The notes below the pieces were generated by a model. That model searched no databases, had not been told where the DNA came from, and saw nothing but the letters and a program-made list of their open reading frames with translations. A stretch of 64,000 nucleotides of DNA from Octopus vulgaris (lineage: Eukaryota), in the NCBI GenBank assembly GCA_951406725.2, contig OX597822.1, positions 109,058,001-109,122,000 of the forward strand, given 5' to 3'. Below are positions 42,993 to 56,394 of the stretch, one piece after another. Numbering within the stretch: the first letter of the stretch is position 1; each line of letters starts with the position of its first letter. The position numbers and the translations under genes are program-made.

Positions 42993-43040
42993 CGTTACAG
43001 TTGAAAAGGTCTCAAAATGACCGAAACCGGTACTGAAATG
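42993..43040 (+). ncRNA. Type I hammerhead motif with U3-A8 core
   Basis: cgttacag-TTGAAAA-GGTC tcaaaat GACC-GAAA-CCGGTA-ctgaaatg. Stems I and II pair, palindromic stem III, GUA site; T-rich tail into (TA)n. Confidence 0.72.
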
Positions 43041-43084
43041 TTCACTATAAAATTATTTTAGCATTTTCTATTTTTGACATGTTT

Positions 43085-43137
<53 letters not shown>

Positions 43138-43143
43138 AATAAC

Positions 43144-43296
43144 GCGCTTTTTTCAGTTTCTTTCCACCAAATCTACTCACAAGACTTTGGTCGGTCCGAG
43201 GCTATAGTAGAAGACACCTGCCCAAGGTGCTATGCAGTGGGACTGAACCCTGAACCATTTGCATGGTTAGCTAGCTGCTTAACACACAGCCACTCC
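43144..43296 (-). mobile_element. tRNA-derived SINE 5' part
   Basis: Reverse complement ggagtggctgtgtgttaagcagctagc...gggttcagtcccactgcatagcaccttgggcaggtgtcttctactatagcctcggaccgaccaaag. Confidence 0.88.
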
Positions 43297-43606
43297 TACG
43301 TCTATATATGCCGAGAATACAAAGTGACAGTTTAGTGTTTAGATTAAAATGTGAATAGACGTGAATATTTGTTATTTTTCGCAGTTATTCCATGATGTTT
43401 TGTATGTACATATTCTTGTAGTGAGTAGTTAACATGATCACTGGTATATTAGCCACATATAAATCATTAACCTTCGTAGAAATTCGTACATATTTCCTCA
43501 TTTGTATTCCTGTTTATCTACATATGTGTGTGTGATGGAATAACTAAGCGATTGGGAGGGAAAGATATAACTGGATAGATAGACTAACAGATCGACGGAG
43601 AGATAG

Positions 43607-43655
<49 letters not shown>

Positions 43656-43789
43656 AAAATAGTAAAGTGTGAAAAAACGACAGAAGGCTTAAATGTTAAA
43701 AAATATATATATTTGTGTCAAAATGTCTGGAGAATATTGGAAAAATTTTTTTTCCCTTTCCTTAAAATGACATAATTTTTAAATTTTTA

Positions 43790-43829
43790 AAGAAATTACC
43801 GGTTTCGCGTGTAGCTTTTCAAATTTCTT
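43790..43829 (-). ncRNA. Type I hammerhead motif with U3-A8 core in the 3' pLTR of the Penelope element
   Basis: Reverse complement aagaaat-TTGAAAA-gc tacac gc-GAAA-CCGGTA-atttctt, with a perfect 7-bp stem I. Confidence 0.75.
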
Positions 43830-43966
43830 GTGACGTTATGTTTATATTGCATGGAATTATCGTTGTTTTTATTTCCAGGAGATTTCTAAATAAGGGGAGG
43901 TAGTGAGTGATTTTTTCCGGTGTAGGGGAGATAATCGCTTAAAATATTTTTTTCCCCATTTCCTTG

Positions 43967-45625
43967 TTAATTTCTCTGTGTCAGTATGTTCGGATGGTTG
44001 AGTCTGGGTTTGTACTTTTCAATGAAGAATGTTTCCTTGTTCAGTCTCATTTGTGTTGATGATCCGAAAGCACATTGGTAAAATGGGAAGATTAGAAATT
44101 GTGGCAGTAGTTGCTTTGCGCATTTCTCAATGTGCTCACTAAAAGGTATCATTCTATATTCTGGGAATGCAATCTGTTGTCGATGCAGTGTGCATCTGCG
44201 CCTGAGTGATAGTCCCGTGGAACCCACGTAGTCTTGGTGGCAGCCTGAGCATTTAATAACATAAATTATGTTTTCAGAGGCACAAGTAAAGTTAGATTTG
44301 ATCTTAAATTTCTGTCCTTCTTTAAAGAAGAATTCTGATCCTTCCAATAGGTTAGGACATGTTGCACAGTTCGATCTACCACATTTTTTTACTTTTGCAT
44401 CCGTAATTTTAGAAGACAATTTTGCCTTTGTGAGAATCTTTTTAAGTGATTTAGGCTGTTTGTAGCTTTTAATGATTTGGTGTATGTTTAGAATTTCCTT
44501 TAATTTTGGGTTTTTATGAAGTATTGGTAAATTCTGGGTGATGATGGTGAAGGCTTCTTTGTTTCTGGGGTTGTATGTAGATATGTAAGGTAGTATTTTC
44601 GGGGAAGGTGTGTTGTTGTGTTGAACTTTTCTTAAAGTTTCTATGTTGATTTCTGTTGCACGTCTGATCCCATCCTCTATGAGTTGAGCTGGGTAATGTC
44701 TGTCAATTAGGGTGTTTTTGAGTTCTTGCAGTCTAAAGTTCCTGGTATTTTGTTCTGACACTATTGTGCATATCCTTCTTGCAAGGTTGAAGGGGATGTT
44801 TGTTTTAGTGTGTCTTGGGTGGCATGAATTAAAAAGAAGGTATTGTTTGGCGTCTGTGGCTTTGTAAAAAATGTCTGTTTCTATTTTAAGGTTAATTTTT
44901 TTAATTAGTATATCCAAGAACGGGAGCTCCTTTTGGTTGTATTCCATTGTGAACTGTATATTTGGGTTTATGCTGTTCAATAGGTTTTTAAATTTTAGGA
45001 GTTTATCTATGTTTTCATTCCAGAGAATGAAACAATCGTCTAGGAATCGTTTCCAATTCTCTTTTATGTATTGAGAGAGGGAGTTTCCAAAGATTGATAG
45101 AGATTCCTGGTAAATGATTATTTCCATGTATCCCATTGTTAAGTTCGCAATGACTGGTGCTGCCCTTGTACCCATAGCAATTCCGGATTTTTGACGGTAA
45201 AATGTATTGTCAAACATGAAGTGGTTATTGTGTAGGATGAATTCAATTGATTTAGTAATGAATTCCTTACTGATCCTTTTTGGTATTTCTTCCGGAAATT
45301 GGTCTAACCAGAATTGTATTGCCTCCAGTCCATAATTATGAGGTATACTGGTATACAAGTTGACTACATCAAATGAAACCAGGATTGTTTCTTCCTTGGT
45401 TTTTTTTGGAAGGTGGTTTAACATATCTAAGTCATCTCTGATATGGCTATCGATATGTTTAAGGAAGGGTTTCAAGAGGATGTCCATAAGTAGACTTAGT
45501 CTGTGTGTTTCACAGGTTGGGCCAGCTACAATGGGTCGTAGTTTTAGGTCCCCCGGATTAGGTGTGTGTATATATGTCTTTGGTGATTTTTTAATGGTTT
45601 CATTTATAATTGGTTTATAATGGTT
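43967..45625 (-). CDS. Penelope-like reverse transcriptase + GIY-YIG endonuclease (N-terminally truncated, frame uninterrupted)
   Basis: [18 protein letters not shown] upstream of the annotated Met; [49 protein letters not shown]; linker CGRSNCATC; [31 protein letters not shown]...P.LN. Confidence 0.93.
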   Translation of the reverse strand, partial: NHYKPIINETIKKSPKTYIHTPNPGDLKLRPIVAGPTCETHRLSLLMDILLKPFLKHIDSHIRDDLDMLNHLPKKTKEETILVSFDVVNLYTSIPHNYGLEAIQFWLDQFPEEIPKRISKEFITKSIEFILHNNHFMFDNTFYRQKSGIAMGTRAAPVIANLTMGYMEIIIYQESLSIFGNSLSQYIKENWKRFLDDCFILWNENIDKLLKFKNLLNSINPNIQFTMEYNQKELPFLDILIKKINLKIETDIFYKATDAKQYLLFNSCHPRHTKTNIPFNLARRICTIVSEQNTRNFRLQELKNTLIDRHYPAQLIEDGIRRATEINIETLRKVQHNNTPSPKILPYISTYNPRNKEAFTIITQNLPILHKNPKLKEILNIHQIIKSYKQPKSLKKILTKAKLSSKITDAKVKKCGRSNCATCPNLLEGSEFFFKEGQKFKIKSNFTCASENIIYVIKCSGCHQDYVGSTGLSLRRRCTLHRQQIAFPEYRMIPFSEHIEKCAKQLLPQFLIFPFYQCAFGSSTQMRLNKETFFIEKYKPRLNHPNILTQRN

Positions 45626-45638
45626 TCATTTATAATGG

Positions 45639-45730
<92 letters not shown>

Positions 45731-45731
45731 G

Positions 45732-45871
<140 letters not shown>

Positions 45872-47338
45872 CTGATCGATCGATAGATAAACGAGTGGGT
45901 GTTATTTTCATGCATATGTTTATATGTTATGTATACAAACTTTTGTGTTACCCACGCGCATTATTTGCATGTTTATGATTTCTGCTTTCTGCAATCAACT
46001 CATGACAAACGCCATGGAGGTTATCGTTTCCTTCTTCATAGTATCGTCACTCTATGTCACGAACTATTACTTCTCTGTCATGATTTTGTGTGTGATATGG
46101 CGTCATAAAGCATTGTTTGTCATTCATATAATTAGCAAACAACAAAAAACTCTATTCAGATTATCGAACAGTGCTGGAGAATGTTTTATTTGTTATTATT
46201 GTGCTGCCACACGTCAACTCTGAGCGAATAGATCTACGCTGAAACACATTCATGCTATGACTAACCCGTCGTTTTAGCTGTATATACAACACTTTATCAA
46301 GTAAATACTTCTTTTCAAAGAGACATTTCGGTATAATAGCTGGGTTACTTAGCTCATCAAACTTGTCGAATAAAACTATAACGACCAACATTCATGATTA
46401 CACGATGCTTTCCTCTAGATATTGTTCCTAAGAGTAGACCCAATATAACCTAATATTATTGCCGAATATGGCATGTAATTGAGAGTAGCATATGGCTGTT
46501 GTTTCAAGGAAATTTCGCTCTTATTTTTCGCAATACCAATGTCATTCTCGTTGACTACTCTTTTCTCTGTGGTTGGTGTGTTTGTGTCTGAAAATATAGT
46601 CTATACGCGTTAGGTCACCCATAAAGTTTGTAAATAATCAAATATTATTCAATTCATTCAGCATAGTTGAATTTTCTTTTTACCTGCGGGCTATTACATG
46701 AAGAAAATGTACTGAAAATCAATAAGATTGTTCGAAGACCGTAAAGAGAAGTGGAAAACGAAGAAGGATTATCTTTAAAGCAGTACACAATAGGTGCACA
46801 GGTTCAAAGAAAACAAAGTTTAAACAAGGGCAGGGATTTGCTTAGTTAGGGACGTATTGAGGGTGAGTAAACACTAAACACGAACAGCATCAAAAAGAAT
46901 AGATTTATCTTCAATATTATCACAATATTATCGCGAATACACACACACAGACACATACATATCTACACACACGCATATATATATTCTCTTTACTCTCACA
47001 CACACGCACATATATATATGTGTATGTCTATATAATACATACATATATACATACATACATATATACAAACATACTTCCATACATATATGTGTCTGTCTGT
47101 ATGTATATGCATATATTTATGAGTTTCTACGCATATATACAACAGAATACTTCAAGAAACAGGGATTAATGAATTGTTGCGACGCGTGAATCATTGGTAA
47201 ATGTTCTGATATAAGTTAATTAATTGTCGCTAATTTGGCTAATACGGATAGCGGCATGTTGCCAGAAAACTTTCAATAAGTATTCACAGCTGTTGTAATA
47301 TAGTAATAGCCTTTGACCCATATATATATATATATATA

Positions 47339-48058
47339 AATATCAGCCATGGAGTTAATAATAGGAATAAGGATAGGAGCAATGGTGACGACACTAACGT
47401 TAGTAATGGTAATAGGGATGAGAGCACAGTCCGAGTCATTAATGTAGAGAGTCCCAATAACACTTTTAGCAACGGTTTTGACAACAGTAGCATCACGGAC
47501 ATTAGCAATCACAGCGATCTCAGTGTCAGGGAATATACAGGTGATATTCCATTAAATAGTATTGATAATGGTGTGTATAATGTCGAAGACAGCCGCAGTT
47601 CTCACAATCATCATAGTAATAAGAACGTCGTATTGATATCGGAAGCCAATCCCAATAGAATAAGGTTCTTATCTAGTAATTCCAAGATTAGAAATGCCAT
47701 TTACCAATGTAGAGTTTATACTGAATCAGATGTCTACTTGTATATCGGAGCGTCATCATCAAAATTGGCCGTGAGAATATCGAACCACTTCACAACATTT
47801 CGCGATTTTAGAAGACAACACGCGACCGGACTAGGTAAATTAATCTGGCGTTTGAAGAACGCAAACTCAGCATTTAGACTGGAATGGTCCATTTTATCGG
47901 TGTCTGTACCGTTTGATAGAGGCAAAAGAATCTGTAATCTATGCAACTCTGAACTTTTTCACATTTTGTTCGCCCGAGGGCAGCTAGTTAACGCGATTTT
48001 GCAAAACTCTTTCAGATGTCCCCACTGGAGGCGGCACACATTTCTTGCATACAATTGA
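47339..48058 (+). CDS. GIY-YIG endonuclease of a second PLE (Naiad-like) with an Asn/Ser-rich linker; 5'-truncated, RT absent
   Basis: The frame stays open upstream of 47573 (HGVNNRNKDRSNGDD...). NAIYQCRV...YIGAS...RISNHFTTF......TGLGKLIWRLK......WSIL......CNLCNSE...I......VN......CPH matches the C-terminal endonuclease pattern of this PLE group. Confidence 0.78.
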   Translation, partial: NISHGVNNRNKDRSNGDDTNVSNGNRDESTVRVINVESPNNTFSNGFDNSSITDISNHSDLSVREYTGDIPLNSIDNGVYNVEDSRSSHNHHSNKNVVLISEANPNRIRFLSSNSKIRNAIYQCRVYTESDVYLYIGASSSKLAVRISNHFTTFRDFRRQHATGLGKLIWRLKNANSAFRLEWSILSVSVPFDRGKRICNLCNSELFHILFARGQLVNAILQNSFRCPHWRRHTFLAYN

Positions 48059-48652
48059 AGCCTAAGATAATTAACACCTTGATGTCCTAAGAAAAGAAAA
48101 AAAATTTGGAAAAAAATTTTGAATTAATTTTGTAAGGGGAAATTACTCCCCTTTTAGCGTATGATCTGCTACTTATTTAGAAACAATATCAGGGATTATA
48201 CTCCCCTTGTTTGACAAGTCATCTGTGTATAAACTGGCCACAGACGAACACACAGACACAGGCTTTTATCAGCCGTTTGACCAAAAATATCTGCAATATA
48301 TTTTCCCTCTAGCTGCTTCCTAACATACTGCCACACATACACAGGCGCACACACACATACATGTACGTAGTTTCTCACACCCAAATAAGATAGCTTTCAT
48401 TCTTAAAACAATTCGAACATTAACATTAGTTATACAGAATATATTCACACCCTTTGGTTTTCTGTAATTCTTCCCCTACCAAATTTAACCGCAGTTTGAC
48501 CTCGATTTATTCCTACGGACTTTTTCGTCGGCCTTCACCCACCCTGACGTCAACGCACATTGAGAGACAGTTTTGTGTCATACCATGGGCTCCTAGGGAG
48601 CGTTTTGTTCGAATAGCTTGCTGCGCATTTGTTTGGAGATTTAAATTCCTTG

Positions 48653-48738
48653 ATTTTCCTGAAGAGAAAGCTGCAAAATGGTCTCCTTATTCAATCCGAA
48701 TTTGGAAATTTGCAGCTTTTGAAACATGTGTAGAAAAT
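48653..48738 (+). ncRNA. Canonical-core type I hammerhead ribozyme motif downstream of the GIY-YIG ORF
   Basis: attttc-CTGAAGA-GAAAGCTGCAAA(loop)TTTGCAGCTTTT-GAAA-ca tg tg-TA-gaaaat: 6-bp stem I, 12-bp stem II, GUA site. Confidence 0.8.
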
Positions 48739-48948
48739 AATAAAAAGGAATTTTGTAGAATCTTCGTTCAGCTCCATTTCTTCCCTTCACTAAATATATA
48801 AAACTTCAATTATCCGCGCTAAGGCACGGTTGCAACACCCCATGGTCGTAACCTCACCCGTGTTTTTTCTGTTGTGATTTTTGCTACCCAGATATCGGTT
48901 AAATTTTGAATAATCCGTAACAAGATAATTCATTTATCCATTTCAATA

Positions 48949-48990
<42 letters not shown>

Positions 48991-51900
48991 TCACAGAGAA
49001 ATGTAAAGAATACAGTTATCTCAAATTGAACCCAGAAACGCAGAGTTTTGACAGTTACATTATTAATCTAGTTGTTCTACTCTGGTACATGCTGCTTGTT
49101 CTACACCACGTGTGAATTATGTGTGTAACTAGAAATGATAAACAATTAAATAATGTTTATCTTCTCAGTACCTTGGGGCATTACAAGACCTAAATGAAAG
49201 TAATCACGGTTATCTCTTTAGTGAAGATACTGAGTTAATTTCATTGTAAAAACGTGTAACATGTTCAGTTTACAATCGATCAATAGCTGAGCTTAAACGA
49301 GGCAAAATATTAATGGAAATTTCAATGAAATTTTAATTCGAGATTAGAGAGTAATTAATTGTTTAATTACTTTATGGTAATTTTATAGTGAAACGCTTGA
49401 AATACCACGAGTTCAAGTGAAAGAGATTTGATCGTTCCGAAAGCTACTTGCTTCATTACTTGAATTGGAATGGGTTAAAGTTTTGAATTAACAAAACACG
49501 TAGTTCTTCGACTATAAAAAATGTTTTCAAACTTAATTCTTGAGAATATAAATCCAGATTCATATTATGTATAAAGTATACGTTTGATGCGAATGTAACA
49601 AAATTAGCGTGTTTATATCGTTACAGCATTTGGAAAACACCGTGTTGTTAGTGTTTCTATGGTTGCCTAAAAATCCCTGCAGAACTTCAAATGAATATAA
49701 ATGAATTTTGAAAATTAGGCCTATATTATCTAATTAAAAATTGTTTCGTTCAACAAAATATACAAAACTGAATAATCCTGGTGGAAGAAATACAACAAAT
49801 GTGACACACATCTTATATCCGGGTTACAGTTATGAAATAATTATTCTATTTCTGCAGTATTTCACTATGTTGAAATGTTTTTTTTTTACGTGGTATTTCT
49901 TTCACATTCTATTTCATGCGTTAAGCGCATTTTTGGGGTTTTTTTTCAAGTCACGATAATTCGTATTTTCAGTAGGTATGTATGCTTTGTTCTGAATGAT
50001 AGCTAATACTACACTTAATTTACTCGATAATATAACTTCCTAGATAAAACTTTCAACAAACTTATTTCATAATTACTTTTACGTACCATAAACAAAAAAA
50101 AAGTCTTTCTTCAGCCTTTGTCTAATTGCTTTGTTAAATACCACCACAGGATGTGTTTTTGTGTGCATTACTATGTAAATAATATCTCTATGCATTTGTA
50201 TATGTTTGTTTGTATATAAGTAGGCATGCGGGAATGTATCTGTGTGTTTGTGAGCGTGTTTGTGTGTGTATATATGTGTGTATGATTGCGTATAGCTGAA
50301 TGCATACTAATATGGAATGCACCTTATCTTTCTTTCTCGTTTATAATCAGTTATCAATTCTAAATACTCATCAGTAGAAAAATAGGATTGTATTCTGTTT
50401 CGATATGAAAATGTTATCCACCAGGAATGATTAATTATGAAGGAAATAAAACAAATTCTTGCCGAAGATGTCAAGTCTTGGTAAAGAGTAATCAAGTGTA
50501 TAATATATTTTTGATTGTGATGACATTAAAGTAGAATCTCTCACTTATAAACTACAACTATCTCCGAGAGAAACAGTTTAATAAATGTAAACATTCAATC
50601 GCGAAAGAGGTAAAATGATTTCTCATTTCCAAAGCTGAGTGCAACTATGAAATCAATTAAATACTTTAAAGTTAAATATTAATGAATTTTACTGTAATTT
50701 AACATTGGGAACGAATATTGTGTAAGAGTGATGCATCGATGAAAATAGAGATATATATTTTGCTGTCTATTTATTTCAAAACATTAAGTGTGTGAAAGTA
50801 AATAACAAAAATTGTGTTGTCCATAAAATCACGTAACAGGTATAGTTAGTGCACTATGATTGAAAAGCCTAAAATAGCATTTTGCATTCAATGCTCAACA
50901 CAAACAAAATATATTATCTTATATAACGTTGATCATTCAAAAGTGATTCCCTGTTGTAGAAATGTAATTACAGCTGACGATTCACTGTAAAGAGATTATG
51001 TTGGGATAATTGAAATGATATTTGATAAAGAATGCCTTCAGCTATTACATTTCTTACAGTTTTATAAAAATCTTAAACTCTTTGTTTATCGAGTATGAAG
51101 TAACGTATGTGGAAAAATTACATGAATAACTATAAAGTTATATAAAATCATAAACAAATATCTTATTATATAAAATTATCAAAATACAATAAAATTGAAA
51201 TACACAAAAAATGTAGAAACTTATAATGATTTTTCAAAGTAGAAGTATAACAGTTATAAAAAATAAAATACTTTATCTTGAACAAATACTCATAATTGAT
51301 ATCTTTTGGACGTCATAAATCAAAATACTTGTTAAAATATTATGAATTATCAAAGACTAAAAACATTATCGACGTGTAATATATTCACAGACGGTCCTCT
51401 ACAGAAAAAAAGTATTTTAAAATATTCCTTATTTTCGTTGTCATATATCAAAAAGATAAGCGATGAAAGGTCAGAATAGACTTTTACAATAAAGTTTGGA
51501 CTGCATTAAATTGTTTTGTACTAGTACCGAGATGACATAACTGATTTTTATTGTTTATAGAGTATATAAATAAAAAGTTGTCACATCAATCAAGCTGATT
51601 GCTTTAAAATTGGTACGCTGCAAACGTATTGTTTACAATTTAAATTTTCGCTTAAAATCTGTAGCGCATTGAACATCAGGTATAAATTCATTCGCAACAA
51701 TTCTACTGTTTTTAAATATGTATGTATATATGTATGTATGCAAACATGTATGTATGCATGTATATATGTACTTTTGTATGTTGTATGTATGTATGTATGT
51801 ATGTATCTATCTATCTAAGCTTACACACACAAAAAATATATATATACATTATATATGCAGCTCGATCTTCATGTACACATGAAATATCTTAACTCACTAA

Positions 51901-53043
51901 CCTCGATGTTTGGTGCAATCAACTTCTAAGTCGCAATACAACATTATGGAGGAGAATAATTGACGAGAAACGGCGATAGGAATATATCTGCGAAAAAGAA
52001 CAAACCAGATAATAACGATGTGTGTGATATTTACTAAACAACCTAGGGTGTCTCTCTTGTCGATTTATAATAAGTATGTTTTTCACTAATCTCAGTTCTG
52101 AGGCGTGTGTAAAGGATTTCATAAGGTTGTTGGCTATAGGGTATCCAATGACAATTTACATTAGAACTCTCTACGTAGTTAGGAGTTGATACAGCTGTGT
52201 TATAATATACAATGTAAAGGATGGTGATAAAATATCTGTTAGGGCAGTGTAAAGTTAAGCCTATTGGATTATTTAAATGATATTATTGTACTCTCATACA
52301 ACGTTCTATGGATGTTAGTCGAACTATATGGCGGTATTCACGTATTTGTATTAATATTATTATGGCGTTCTTGTATTTTGTAAAATGTTGAAGAGTTTGC
52401 AAAGTAGAAGATAATTAATTATATGTTAACGATGCGGTTTGCACTGCGGTGCCCTATGTACATACGACTCTCACTTTTTGACTTATATGAATATTCACAG
52501 TAGTAAGTATGGTGCATTGCTGCTAGTCCAATATACATAATAAGGGATTCACTCATACATGCATGCGTATACGAATACGTATACACAAATGTATAATTTG
52601 TCTAGCAAAAAAATATTACGTAATCACAGTGTTTGAGAGAGGAAAAAAGAATTCCTCTGTTGCTGATAAGAGTGGTGGAGGTCACACTTTAGGAATAAGT
52701 AGCATAGCCAATAAAGAGTTTATAATAGGTGATAAACTCACAGAATCTACAACATACGGTCTGAAATAAAGGAAATGTAAATAAGGAACCATGTGCTTTT
52801 GGACGCAGCGTCTTTAAAAATTGATAATGAAGAGGAAAATATAATTAATAATGATTTGTTAACAAATATATAACCGTTGTCGATCGTGATTTCTTCAGTG
52901 ATAAGCAAAACCATATATTAAATTAAAATACAGGAACAGAAAAATGGTATGATATACGGACTGATTTCGACAGATGTAATCATAAAATGTGAAACACACA
53001 GCATATATATATATATATATGTATGCATATACATACACACACA

Positions 53044-53084
<41 letters not shown>

Positions 53085-53210
53085 ATCTAGCAAATATGTC
53101 TGTTTATGAATTCACTTCTCTCTCCCGCTCTCGCTCTCTTTCTCTCTCTCTCTCCCTGTATATATATATATGTATGCATGTGTGTATGTATATATGTATA
53201 TATGTATATA

Positions 53211-53281
<71 letters not shown>

Positions 53282-53298
53282 AGATAGATAGATAGATA

Positions 53299-53581
53299 AG
53301 TTTCTTTATTGGCCACACAGGGCTGCACACAGATGGGACAAGTTACAAGGTAGAGCTTTTCTTTTGGGGGATGAAAAAAAGGGGGTGGCGTAGGTTTTCG
53401 ATCAAGAGGGATCGTAAAAGGGAAGAAAAGAACAAAACAATTTTTTTTAAATAGAATAAAAAATAAAAAGAATAAAAGAAAAAAAAAGGAAAGGGAAAGG
53501 AACGAAAGAAAGAGAAATGAAAAAAGAAGAAAAAGGGGGAAAAAAGGGGAAGAGGTAAAAAGAAAAAAAAAAGGAACGATC

Positions 53582-53582
<1 letters not shown>
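53299..53582 (-). mobile_element. Second copy of the (TATC)n-associated retroposon
   Basis: Reverse complement matches 21568-21852; (GATA)n directly at both ends. Confidence 0.78.
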
Positions 53583-53639
<57 letters not shown>

Positions 53640-54106
53640 ATAGATAGAAAGATATATAGAGAGAGATATTTAGATATGTGTGTGTATGTATGTGTGCATA
53701 AAGAAACATTGATGAACAAGAATGACTGGCATCAATTATCATTTATTAATAATTTACAAAAAAAAAACTGCATCCCATCTAACCGGTTTTTTTCTGCAGC
53801 CAAAGTTCTCTGGAATTACCATTATGATGCTAAGAGAATATTAATCATAGTTGGTTAATAAGACCGATTTCGATCACGGAACTTTATCAGCGTGGGAAAA
53901 AATAAAAAAAAAAACAGACAGGAAAAGAAGGAAAGTTTGAATATTGCAGAACAAACACAAGTATGATTTTTTTGCTCGTTTCTGTTAGGAAGAACGCTAA
54001 TGTATAGTTGTTGCTTGCACTGATATCCATACAAGCATACGATCAAGCATTTGGGGCCACGAGTCCAGGAAAATATCAATATGCAAACTATAATATTAGT
54101 AAGTGT

Positions 54107-54328
54107 TCTTTTATTTTTTTCAGTCATTTGACTGCGGCTATGCTGGAGCACCGCCTTTAGTCGAGCAGATTGACCTCAGAGTTTATTTTCTGTAAGCCTA
54201 GTACTTATTCTATCGGTGGTTTAAGCCGAACAACTAAGTTACGAGGATATAAACACATCAGTATCAATTGCAAAGCCATGCTGGGGAGACAAATACATAT
54301 ACATAAGCATGAACACACACACACGCAC

Positions 54329-54386
<58 letters not shown>

Positions 54387-54532
54387 GACGGGCTTCCAGT
54401 TTCCATCTACCAAATCCACTCACAAGGCTTTGGTCGGCCCGAGGCTATAGTAGAAGGCACTTGCCCAAGGTTCCACGCAGTGGGACTGAACCCATGAGCA
54501 TATTGTTGGTAAGCAAGCTACCTACCACACAG
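54107..54532 (-). mobile_element. Near full-length tRNA-derived SINE with internal (TA)n/(CA)n
   Basis: Reverse complement ctgtgtggtaggtagcttgc...gggttcagtcccactgcgtggaaccttgggcaagtgccttctactatagcctcgggccgacc...gctccagcatagccgcagtcaaatgactgaaa. Confidence 0.88.
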
Positions 54533-54658
54533 ATTATATTTTGGGAAAGGTAATTGTGATATACACGAATACTGAAGATGAATTGAGTTGGTTAACGAAA
54601 CAGAACACTATTAACACACCAGAAATATTCTGATGGTGATTTCTATCTCTCTTCTTTT

Positions 54659-54693
<35 letters not shown>

Positions 54694-56394
54694 ACTCTCT
54701 CACTGTCTCAGCGCTTATACTCAGACACGCACGCTCGCGCGCACACACACATAAATAACCTACTTTTCTCTGAGGTTAACATTTCTTCCTCAATGCTACT
54801 TTTTTGCGTTCCTTCTCTCGTTTTTTGAAAGTTTTGTTTCTCTCTATCATTCATTTTTCCTATTCCTTCTCGACTTGGAATTATTACCAATCGGAGGCAA
54901 ATACCAAACAAACAACAACTATAGCTGGAATCGAGTTTGTGAAGGTTGAAAGATGAAAGAAACGCAAAACTTTGCTGCACCCATATGAATATATTTAAAG
55001 GTCGCTGATCAAAAGATTTCTGCGAAACAAATTACAAACCCAGGAGATTCCAGTGTAGATATATATATTCAATTTTTTTAAATAATTATTAGCAAAGAAA
55101 ATAATGTAACATTACTGTTTTATCAAATTTTCCTTTTACTATTTTATTTAGAGAATTTTTGTACAGTATTGCGATAGGTGATAGTGAATATGCAGAAGTG
55201 TATGAAACAAAAATGTTCTTTTGATTTAGAATCTTTTCAGAATTTCAGTTTGAGATGGAAAACTGTACTTATCTTATCTATACTGAATGGTGAAATCTTC
55301 ACGAGTGGAAATAAAGTAATTAGATTTTCCCTAAAGCCAAATAACTGATAGCTAGTAAGGTGCGTCAGGTACGGCGAACTTGTATTAAATCGGAGTTAAT
55401 CAGTGGTGAAGCATTATTGGTATAAATATACGTTTAATACAAGAAATAATATTTCTCAATTTAGAATAAAGAATTTCCACTCAAACAAATCGCACTGAAA
55501 ACTGAGATGGTCTGACAAATAAAGTGAATAACTGCAGCATATCAAATAAAATACTGCCCGTCCCTTCTAACCACTCATGCACAAATAAATGAAGAGACAC
55601 ACCCACCCCTAAAACATGTGCACAAACTTTACTTTACGTACAAATACATATTCATACACCTTAATTCTCTTTAGTTTGTAGTCAGCGCAGTTGTCGTTAT
55701 GTGTGGCCCTTCAACGTAATAAAAGCCGCAACCAGATCGACTTCGGATCAGAATATAACTCTGTAATCCGTAAATGACCCATTGAATAATTTACTCCTAA
55801 ATGCTTTTAAAATACCCGACGTCTTCATTAGTTAGCCCTATCTTTTATTCTATAACAATTTTTACATAAAAAAAAAAACAGTTTAATTGAATTGAAATCG
55901 AAGTTTCACTGTGTAATCACAATTGTAAAAGAAGTAACCATGCAAAATAACACAAAAGAGACTACATTTAAGATACACTTTCCTCACCATTTTGCAGCTG
56001 ATGTTTTCATCAAAGAAAAAGAAGTTCTTTATTTGATATCGACTCGTTACATTATAACTTGTGTTACACTTCGCCAGCTTTAATTCTGTGCGAAGGAAAT
56101 GAAGCTTATCAAAATTTGATACAACTATTTCGCATTAATAATCTAAGTACTTATATACAGCATGCGATGGGTAAATTGTTGCCATTTAAAACTTTTAATT
56201 TCGTACATGGCCGTTGCTTTTTTTTTTTTTGTCGACTACACAGAATAGTAGGAAAAGTTGGGTAATATCTTTGAGAAAAACAGCCTCATAATTCAATTCA
56301 TTCTGCCAGAAATTTGGAAACGACATGTAGTACTGCTTGGCATTCATGCCGGAAGCTTCAATACGAATAAATGGTGAACACATAGAACAACCGT

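Larger units (their letters stand above)
43653..45643 (-). mobile_element. 5'-truncated Penelope-like retroelement (Neptune-type) inserted in (TA)n
   Basis: RT+GIY-YIG frame, 3' UTR/pLTR with HHR at 43790-43829, and (TA)n at both junctions. Confidence 0.92.
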
